A stretch of DNA of 56,170 nt from Verrucomicrobiales bacterium (GTDB lineage: Bacteria; Verrucomicrobiota; Verrucomicrobiia; Limisphaerales; UBA1096), in assembly GCA_002684915.1 (NCBI GenBank), contig NYWG01000003.1, forward strand, positions 41,965-98,134, given 5' to 3'. Shown here piece by piece: positions 18,062 through 26,047 of the stretch; positions within the stretch are counted from its first letter, which is position 1; every line of letters starts with the position of its first letter. The notes under the pieces are model-generated. The model was not told where the DNA came from and ran no database searches. It saw only the letters and a list, made by a program, of their open reading frames with translations. A program made the position numbers and the translations under genes.

Positions 18062-21000
18062 ATGAAAAAAATCCAATATAGAATTTGGATTTACATTGCC
18101 ATTGCAATGTCGCAGCTGAGCCACGCCGATTCAGAGGCTTCAATCAAAGTACAAGACGGATTCACTGCTACCCAATATGCCGGCCCTGATTTGGCGGATG
18201 ATATTTACTCAATGACTCTAGACTCTAAGGGCAGAGTAGTAGTCTCAGGTCGAGGCTACATTCGGACACTCCATGATACCAATCAAGACGGCATAGCAGA
18301 CAAATCAATACAATTCGCTAAAGTCGACCGTGGTACTATGGGAATGCTATTTGACGACCAATATTTGTGGGTTGTTGCCAATCGAGCCCTTCTAAGGTTC
18401 GTAGACTCAGATCATGATGGAAAAGCAGATGGGCCGCCGAGCCAGTTCCTTCGACTGGCAAATGGTGAACATGGAGCACATGCTATACGCAAAGGACCAG
18501 ACGGGTGGCTTTATCTAGTTGGCGGAAATGACACAGGATTTACACCTAACCAGTTCAACTCTTTAAATTCGCCTCTTAAAAAAACTGAAGGTGGAGCTAT
18601 CATTCGATTTTCACCGAATGGAAAAAAATTTGAAGCATTATCCTGCGGATTTCGAAACCCATATGATTTCGACTTCAACTGGCGCGGCGATATATTTACC
18701 TATGACAGTGATACCGAACGAACATTTTTTCTTCCGTGGTATACACCAACAAGACTTTATCATGTAGCCATCGGCGGCCATCACGGATGGAGAATGCCTG
18801 GATTCAAACGAAGTTGGGCAAGACCCAGCTATTACTCAGATACTGTGCCAGATATACATAAGATCGGCCGAGGATCTCCTACTGGCGTTGCAGTTTACAG
18901 TCACCATTTATTACCAAAAGAAATGCAAGATGGAATTTTCATTCTTGATTGGACGTTTGGGAATATTTGGTTTTATCCATTGAAAGCCGCTAATGCTTCT
19001 TATCAATCACTCCCTCAGTTATTCATCTCGCCATTAGGCAACGACGGCTTTGCCCCAAGCGATATCGAGGTTGGGCGGGATGGTGAACTTTTCATCTCGA
19101 CTGGAGGCCGAGGCACCAAAGGCTCAGTCTTTCGAGTGATACCGACTAAGAATAATAGCAAAGAAACAAACAATCCCAAAACAACCAAAAACACTTCGAT
19201 TGAGGCTTTACTGAATGCACCCCAACCAATGGCAGAATGGTCGCGTGCACAATGGAAACCACTAGCCAAAAAATTTGGAGTAATTCATCTCACTGAAGCT
19301 GCACTCAATCCAAATAGAAAGCCAAAACAACGAGTAAGGGCAATTGAAATTCTGACTGATATATTTAGCGGACTCGATGCAGATTCTGCAGAACGGCTTT
19401 CAAAATCATTTTCCTCAGACATTCGTGCTAGAACCGCATGGGCAATCGGACGTTATCCAAGTGTGAATGCCACTCAATTACTAAATCATTTAGCACTCGA
19501 CCAAGAGGACTATGTCCGAGTGAAAGCACTCGAGGCTATGCTTCGCTTGTTACCCTTAGCCCCATCTCAATCAGCAGAATGGATTGATACACTTTACGAT
19601 AACTTCAACCAAACGAGCATCAGAGTAAGACTAATAAGTGCTCGTTTAGCCAGCCGCTTACCAAAATCAATTTGGCAAAAAACAAATCATAATAAACTTA
19701 CTACACAAGGGAAAGTTACAGCAATAACAGCAGAGATTTGGCGGAATTCTGAAAAAGAAATTCATATTCAAGCCATTCAAAATTTACTTCCTCTAATCAA
19801 CAGTAATCAGAAAGCAAACCTCAACCTAGACATTGTCAGAACTATTATTCTCGCATTAGGCGATTACAATCTCGAGCGACCAAGTCATGAATCATTCACC
19901 GGATACGAATCACCATATTCACTCACTCCACACAGATCGTTAACTCAAACTATAGCCATACAGATAACGCCTTTGATGAACACTTCACATCAAGACCTTA
20001 AACGAGAAGCTAGCCGGTTACTTGCAATGGTCAGTGCAGAGCAACCAGAGGTTATCAGGAATCTACTCCACGAGATCACACTAGAAACAAACCCAGTAGA
20101 AGACTTTCACAAGCTTATTGTTATGGCAAAACTACCATCATCTCTTCTCGCTGGTGATCTCCAAAAACTAGCTAATGCTTTAATGCAGCTGGACACTAAA
20201 CTAAAAAGCCAAGGGACAAGACCAAAGCTAAATTGGACAATGAGATTTGCTGATATCGCTCAGGCTCACACGAACAAGCAACCCGGCTTGATAAAAAAAA
20301 TTATCGATCATGAAAACTTCCCAACTGCCAGCCACCTTGAATTCGCACTAATGCTTAAAGGGGATAACCGAATAGCTGCAGCAAAACGATATCTCGAAGC
20401 AACTAAAATAAATCAAAAATTGCCATGGTCTAACGAATTGATTGACCTGCTAGCAATAACACCTCAAAAAAACTTATTACCAATTTTACGTAAACAGTGG
20501 TCAAATCGCGGGCTTCGTCCAGCGATTATAAAACATTTAGTAAAACAACCTAAAGCACAAGACAGAGGACTCCTTCTAGATGCGCTACTCTCACGTGATA
20601 ATAACCTCTCTAAAACTGCATTGGGAGCACTTAAGCAATTACCTACAAGTAATAAACCAAGTGACTTCTCCCCCCTAATACGCAAGCTTAGGCGTGAATG
20701 TGGAACCAAAGGAAAAGCCGAAACCCGAAAAAAAATCTTAGAACTACTAACCTCTTGGAGCGGCCATAAATTCAAAAAAGTTCAGGGAAAAAACAACCTA
20801 ACGATCAATTTACTAGCAACTTGGCAACCAGTTTTCGATTGGTTCAACACTACTTATCCAGATCTAGCAGAATCAGCTTCAGACTCCGGATTAGTCAATT
20901 CCACAAAGTGGGAATCCATATTAGGCATTGTTAATTGGAGCGAAGGTAAATTAATTAGAGGCAAAAAAATATTTGTTAACCGCGCTTGTCAAAATTGTCA

Positions 21001-21340
21001 TTCAGGCGCAGGAGCACTTGGCCCTGACCTAATCGGGGTAGTCAAACGTTTGGCTCCAGAAGATTTGTTTCGAACAATTTTGTTCCCTAATCGAGACATA
21101 TCTCCACTGTATAGATTCAACGAATACCGAATGCATAATGGGGATGTACATTTAGGGCGCGCTGCGTTTTATGCTGCAGATGGAATTGTCTTAAAAACTG
21201 GATCAGGAATTATTCGACTAGATCAAAAAGATATCGCTTCACAACATACCAGCGAACGTTCCATTATGCCTGAAGGTTTACTTGAAGGTTTAAAGGCCAA
21301 CGACCTTGCAGACCTATATCAATATTTAAAATCTTTATGA
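18062..21340 (+). CDS. PVC-type membrane-bound dehydrogenase-like protein (beta-propeller, HEAT repeats, C-terminal cytochrome c)
   Basis: D.N.DG.AD, GPDGWLY, GFRNPYD, GSPTG, HEAT-like helices, CQNCH heme motif, GPDL, SIMPEGL. Confidence 0.88.
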   Translation: MKKIQYRIWIYIAIAMSQLSHADSEASIKVQDGFTATQYAGPDLADDIYSMTLDSKGRVVVSGRGYIRTLHDTNQDGIADKSIQFAKVDRGTMGMLFDDQYLWVVANRALLRFVDSDHDGKADGPPSQFLRLANGEHGAHAIRKGPDGWLYLVGGNDTGFTPNQFNSLNSPLKKTEGGAIIRFSPNGKKFEALSCGFRNPYDFDFNWRGDIFTYDSDTERTFFLPWYTPTRLYHVAIGGHHGWRMPGFKRSWARPSYYSDTVPDIHKIGRGSPTGVAVYSHHLLPKEMQDGIFILDWTFGNIWFYPLKAANASYQSLPQLFISPLGNDGFAPSDIEVGRDGELFISTGGRGTKGSVFRVIPTKNNSKETNNPKTTKNTSIEALLNAPQPMAEWSRAQWKPLAKKFGVIHLTEAALNPNRKPKQRVRAIEILTDIFSGLDADSAERLSKSFSSDIRARTAWAIGRYPSVNATQLLNHLALDQEDYVRVKALEAMLRLLPLAPSQSAEWIDTLYDNFNQTSIRVRLISARLASRLPKSIWQKTNHNKLTTQGKVTAITAEIWRNSEKEIHIQAIQNLLPLINSNQKANLNLDIVRTIILALGDYNLERPSHESFTGYESPYSLTPHRSLTQTIAIQITPLMNTSHQDLKREASRLLAMVSAEQPEVIRNLLHEITLETNPVEDFHKLIVMAKLPSSLLAGDLQKLANALMQLDTKLKSQGTRPKLNWTMRFADIAQAHTNKQPGLIKKIIDHENFPTASHLEFALMLKGDNRIAAAKRYLEATKINQKLPWSNELIDLLAITPQKNLLPILRKQWSNRGLRPAIIKHLVKQPKAQDRGLLLDALLSRDNNLSKTALGALKQLPTSNKPSDFSPLIRKLRRECGTKGKAETRKKILELLTSWSGHKFKKVQGKNNLTINLLATWQPVFDWFNTTYPDLAESASDSGLVNSTKWESILGIVNWSEGKLIRGKKIFVNRACQNCHSGAGALGPDLIGVVKRLAPEDLFRTILFPNRDISPLYRFNEYRMHNGDVHLGRAAFYAADGIVLKTGSGIIRLDQKDIASQHTSERSIMPEGLLEGLKANDLADLYQYLKSL

Positions 21341-23644
21341 TCTAAAGAGTAACCTAGCAATTGCTGGTAACAATACGATGGCACATACCATATTCATCAA
21401 AAACATGAACATTAGTAATATCCCCATATCAGATTGAATCTGCAGTGCGGAAAAAGCCCAAGTTCCGACCCCAACAGATAACGTCAGGCCAGTAAAAACA
21501 ATCGCACTACCAGCCTGTTGCATGGCTGCTTCCATTGCATCTGCAAATGCCACTCCCTTACGACGTTGAGCAACAAAACAACTAAACAAATAAATCCCGT
21601 AATCGACTCCCTCCCCGACACCCAATGCCACCACCGGCAGGGTAGAAGTTTTCAAACCAATCTCCATCCAGAACATCAATGTATGCGCCAGAACTGAAAC
21701 TAAAGCCAATGGCAAAACTATACATATAACTATCTTAATCGAACGAAAACTAGCAAAGCAAAGCAGAATCACTGCCAAAAAAACATAAATCAAAATTGGG
21801 AACTGAGCATTACGAACAACCTCATTAGAAGCCGCCATAATCCCAGCATTACCGCCAGCTAAACTAAAGTGCATTTTTTCGTATCCATAATCAGCTTCAA
21901 ACGACTTTACCGCCGTTACTATCCTCCGAATCGTCTCAGCTTTATGATCTTCAAGGAAAATCATTACAGGCAATACACTGCCATCGAGATTGGTCAAACC
22001 GGTAGAGGTTTCAACTCTACCAACTGATTGGGCTAGCATGTCTCTGTTAAATGGCAAAACCTGCCATTTCAAACTTCCTTCACTGTATCCAGAATTAATT
22101 TTACGTGCCATGCCTGCCAAACCCAAAACACTCTTTACTCCCTCAATATTTTTCAAATTCCACTCAAATCGATCGAGCAGTTCCATTACCTTGTAATCAA
22201 CCGAGCCATCTTTAACAGTCTCTACAAAGGCAATAAGCACATCTACACCAAGATTAAAATTATCCGTAATCGCAGCAGTATCCTGGTTATAACGAGAGTC
22301 GGAACGCAGCTCTGGTACGCCAGCATGTAAATCACCAACCTCAACACGGGTCGCTTGATCAAAAGCAAACACAAATAATAATATCCCAATTATAGCAAGC
22401 ACCTTGGCCACCCTACGCTCTGAGACTACTGACACATGATGCCAGAATTTTTTTGTTTTAATTTTTCTTTTGGCAACTCGCTCCCGATAAGTATGGCTTG
22501 GCTTTTGGTATGACAACAAAAGAGGTAGAAGAATGAGATTCGTGACAATAATTGCAGCAACTCCAACACTCGCCGCAATTGCCAGCTCCCGAATGGTTGG
22601 TACCGGGATTAGAAGAATAGTGATAAAACCAATAGTGTCTGTCAGTAACGCCACTCCACCTGGAATTAAAAGCTCGCTAAATGCCTTACGCGCAGCAATC
22701 AATGCTTCCTCCCCATGAAACAATTGATCTCGAAACACACGCACCATTTGCACGCCATGACTTACCCCAATGGCAAATACAAGGAACGGTACAAGAATTG
22801 ACATAGGGTCAATACCAAAACCCATTAAATGTATTATCCCAAGTTGCCATGCTACTGCAGCCAAAGAACATCCCATCGGGAGCACTGAAAAAATAAACGA
22901 CTGAGAATAAAGCCATACTAATAATGCAGTTACTACAATCGTGACACAGAAGAAAAATATAACATTAAGAGCCCCATCACGAACATCCCCCATAACCTTT
23001 GCAAATCCTATAACATGTACTTTGATAGTTTCCGATTCGTACTTTCCACGAAGTGATTCTAATGCACGTGCTACAGCAAAAGTATCAAGAGGCTTCTTAG
23101 TATCAGGATCTATATCGAGCAAGTTGGCCATAACCATAGCTCCGTTAAAAGAGTCAGTCACAAGTCTCCCCATATAATTGGATTTAAGGACATTCTCTTT
23201 AACCTTAGCCAAGTCTTGCAACGTGTTTGCGAAATCTGCCGGAACTACATTTCCTCCCGTAAAACCATCTTCTACCACCTCTGTAAATCGTACGTTTGGT
23301 GTGAATAAAGATGTAACACTAGCTTGATCAACACCTGACATGGCATAAACATCCTTAGTCAGTGAATCGAGCCTGTTAAAATAATCTTCATTAAATATTT
23401 CTCCCTCCTCAACGATCATCGCCAGGATTACTCGATTAGCACCTCCAAATTCGGACTCGTACTCGCGAAATTTCTGAATGTACTCATGCCCTAGGGGTAA
23501 TTGTTTTTCAAAACGGGCATCTACTTGTGTCTGAGTAGCAAACCCCAAAAAGAGAGCGGTCAAAATCAAGAACAAGACAAGAAACCTTGCTCTATGACGA
23601 AACAACCATTGCTCTACCCAAAAAGAAAATGAACTCTTAATCAT
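21335..23644 (-). CDS. RND/MMPL family transporter
   Basis: Duplicated architecture of one TM helix, a periplasmic domain and a TM bundle. FAIGVSHGVQ and GVDYGIY motifs. Confidence 0.92.
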   Translation of the reverse strand: MIKSSFSFWVEQWLFRHRARFLVLFLILTALFLGFATQTQVDARFEKQLPLGHEYIQKFREYESEFGGANRVILAMIVEEGEIFNEDYFNRLDSLTKDVYAMSGVDQASVTSLFTPNVRFTEVVEDGFTGGNVVPADFANTLQDLAKVKENVLKSNYMGRLVTDSFNGAMVMANLLDIDPDTKKPLDTFAVARALESLRGKYESETIKVHVIGFAKVMGDVRDGALNVIFFFCVTIVVTALLVWLYSQSFIFSVLPMGCSLAAVAWQLGIIHLMGFGIDPMSILVPFLVFAIGVSHGVQMVRVFRDQLFHGEEALIAARKAFSELLIPGGVALLTDTIGFITILLIPVPTIRELAIAASVGVAAIIVTNLILLPLLLSYQKPSHTYRERVAKRKIKTKKFWHHVSVVSERRVAKVLAIIGILLFVFAFDQATRVEVGDLHAGVPELRSDSRYNQDTAAITDNFNLGVDVLIAFVETVKDGSVDYKVMELLDRFEWNLKNIEGVKSVLGLAGMARKINSGYSEGSLKWQVLPFNRDMLAQSVGRVETSTGLTNLDGSVLPVMIFLEDHKAETIRRIVTAVKSFEADYGYEKMHFSLAGGNAGIMAASNEVVRNAQFPILIYVFLAVILLCFASFRSIKIVICIVLPLALVSVLAHTLMFWMEIGLKTSTLPVVALGVGEGVDYGIYLFSCFVAQRRKGVAFADAMEAAMQQAGSAIVFTGLTLSVGVGTWAFSALQIQSDMGILLMFMFLMNMVCAIVLLPAIARLLFRS

Positions 23645-23654
23645 TCAACCTGCT

Positions 23655-24659
23655 TTAGTTCAACTCATCCAGAGTTATACGAAACACACCACGATCGGTA
23701 GTAATCAATAAACTACCATCCTCCGATTGCCAAAAATCAGTTGGCACAGCAGCCTTCTCCAATAAGGGCTCAACTTGAAACAACCGGCCCTCTCCATTGC
23801 CTAACAACAATTCTCCTGCCCCGGATGCGATAACCACCCGTCCATCCTTCAATTGAAGACCTCTGTGCAATATTGCATTCGTTGGTGAATCAATTTTTTC
23901 CCATATTGAACCATTCTTAAATCTAAATATATTACCTTGTAATCCGTGCACAATGATCGAGTCACTCTTAATTAATGGTACCGCACCAAATAAGGTTCCC
24001 TCATATTCAATATCTAGCGACTTCCATGATTTCCCTTGATTATTACTTTTCCACACAGTTCCAAATTCACCAATCAACCAAAGAAACCCATTTGCTGCAG
24101 ATGTAATTTGATAAAAGTGAGGATCGTCCTCCTGTTTATTTTCTATCCATGTGTTTCCACCATCGATGGTCGAAAAGAACTTACCGTAAGAACCAACTAT
24201 AAATCCACGACTTGAATCAACAAACAGCAAATCCAAAAAAGATGTTTCAGGATCATCCAACACCTTAATCTTAGTCCAACTTTCACCACTATCTTGCGAA
24301 CGAAGAACAGTAGATTGATGCCCTACAATCCAAATCGTTTTTTGATCCAAAAGATATACCGAATTTAGCGTGCGACGAGTTGGGGATTGTTTCTGGATCC
24401 AATTTTTACCCTGATTATTAGTTAAAAGTATATGGCCACGCTCCCCAACAGCAATCGCTATTCCTGCTCGACCATGAATACCAAGCAATAAAGATTCTTT
24501 GGCTAAACGCGCCGTTACAGATGGACCATCGATCAACTGAGCAACTGGCGCAATCGAACCAAACAAAAAAAATACAAACACTGAAAGAATAGAACAACGG
24601 GCCGAGGAAAACCTCGGCCCGCCTTTGGGTAGTTTTGATTCTTTAATTAAAAAATACAC
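23655..24659 (-). CDS. YCF48/BNR-repeat beta-propeller protein
   Basis: AVGERGHIL, S.D.G.SW and T.DGG.TW BNR repeats. The start codon is uncertain. Confidence 0.88.
   Translation of the reverse strand: MYFLIKESKLPKGGPRFSSARCSILSVFVFFLFGSIAPVAQLIDGPSVTARLAKESLLLGIHGRAGIAIAVGERGHILLTNNQGKNWIQKQSPTRRTLNSVYLLDQKTIWIVGHQSTVLRSQDSGESWTKIKVLDDPETSFLDLLFVDSSRGFIVGSYGKFFSTIDGGNTWIENKQEDDPHFYQITSAANGFLWLIGEFGTVWKSNNQGKSWKSLDIEYEGTLFGAVPLIKSDSIIVHGLQGNIFRFKNGSIWEKIDSPTNAILHRGLQLKDGRVVIASGAGELLLGNGEGRLFQVEPLLEKAAVPTDFWQSEDGSLLITTDRGVFRITLDELN
24598..24620 (-). terminator. GC-rich intra-operon hairpin (terminator- or stabiliser-like) downstream of the DUF1329 gene
   Basis: Perfect 10-bp stem CGGGCCGAGG-TTT-CCTCGGCCCG, followed on the minus strand by TTGTTCTATTCTTT. 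Confidence 0.6.
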
Positions 24660-24678
24660 CTAAATAGTATACGCTAAC

Positions 24679-26028
24679 TTAGCGACGTCCGCGGCGGCGA
24701 AGTGATGACGGAGTATAATTACCCGGCTTGCTTTCAAACGAAAAATCGTACATTTCATTTTCATTGTCCAAACCGTGTGCAAGATAACGCCCTGAAAGTA
24801 TATCCATATGAACCTCAAGGGTAGACCAGAATGATAGCACTTCATAATAGTTAATACTATGCGCCTCTGAAACCCTCCAAAGCCGGCCCTGCCCATCGTA
24901 CTGATCTACTACAAGAGCACCCCAACTATCTTCATCAATATAAAAACGACGCTTAGAATAAATATGACGCTTACCCTCTTTTAGAGTGGCTTCAACTACC
25001 CAGACTCGGTGCAGCTCATAGCGAGTATGTGTCTGATTAATATGAAGCGGAGTAACAATATCTTTCACCTTTAACTCATCGCTATGCAGTTTATAGGAGT
25101 TATATGGTACATAAAGTTCCTTTTTACCAATAAGCTGCCAGTCGTAACGATCTATCGCTCCATTAAACATATCTAACTGATCACTTGTCCGCATACCATC
25201 AGATGCTGTACCAGGATTGTCATAGGCCACATTTGGAGCACGGCGTACTCGACGTTGACCGGTATTATAAACCCATGCACGTCGTGGGTCTGCAACCTGA
25301 TTCAATGTCTCATGCACCATTAGAATTGTACCGGCCAAACGTGCAGGTGATGTAACCTTCTGTTCCATGTAAGCCATAACATTACCGATATTATCAGAAG
25401 TAGCCCCCTTCTTGTGATAATTCCAAAAAAGCTGCTCCTCCAATTGCACTAGCGTGTAATTACCCGAACGAGTAGGAGCCACTTGTCCCACCTTTCGAAT
25501 ACCACTTAATCCTCGATACCTTAACAAGTGATTCCAAATCACCTCTTGTCCATTCTGAGGTATTGGAAATGGAATGCCACGAGAAGCACCAACGACTCCA
25601 TTACCGTCATCAGCCAACTTGGCTTTACCGACGTTTGCCTTAGTCGCATCATAAATATCTTGAGGAGCTGAAGCACTCCGCTTAGTAGGATAGACTGGCA
25701 TTTTGTAAGTCGAACCATATTTATCGAAAAGCGCCTTGTGGCCTTCACTCAAATTGTTGGAATACTTTTCAGCATTGGCCTCAGTGATGGTAAAAAGTGG
25801 TTTATCATTAGTAAAAGGATCGGGATGATGGTCCCCTACCTTATATCCTGCAGGCGGTGTCGTAATACCACCATCCCAATCAGGTATAGCCGAACCATTG
25901 CCCGCTTTCTGCGCGCCTAAAGGAGTCAGCTTCTCTCCAAGATCATCCGCACTTTGAGAAGATACTGAAACTACGCCCAACACAAAGGTAAAGACGGTTA
26001 TCGAATAAAAATTAAAGTTAAGTTTCAT
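24679..26028 (-). CDS. DUF1329 family periplasmic protein
   Basis: LTPLGA.KAGN..IP.W.GG, PFPIP..G.E..WNH, QRRVRRAP, RYELHRVWVVEA, DEDSW motifs. Confidence 0.92.
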   Translation of the reverse strand: MKLNFNFYSITVFTFVLGVVSVSSQSADDLGEKLTPLGAQKAGNGSAIPDWDGGITTPPAGYKVGDHHPDPFTNDKPLFTITEANAEKYSNNLSEGHKALFDKYGSTYKMPVYPTKRSASAPQDIYDATKANVGKAKLADDGNGVVGASRGIPFPIPQNGQEVIWNHLLRYRGLSGIRKVGQVAPTRSGNYTLVQLEEQLFWNYHKKGATSDNIGNVMAYMEQKVTSPARLAGTILMVHETLNQVADPRRAWVYNTGQRRVRRAPNVAYDNPGTASDGMRTSDQLDMFNGAIDRYDWQLIGKKELYVPYNSYKLHSDELKVKDIVTPLHINQTHTRYELHRVWVVEATLKEGKRHIYSKRRFYIDEDSWGALVVDQYDGQGRLWRVSEAHSINYYEVLSFWSTLEVHMDILSGRYLAHGLDNENEMYDFSFESKPGNYTPSSLRRRGRR

Positions 26029-26047
26029 TTTTTTTAATCAAATTAGT

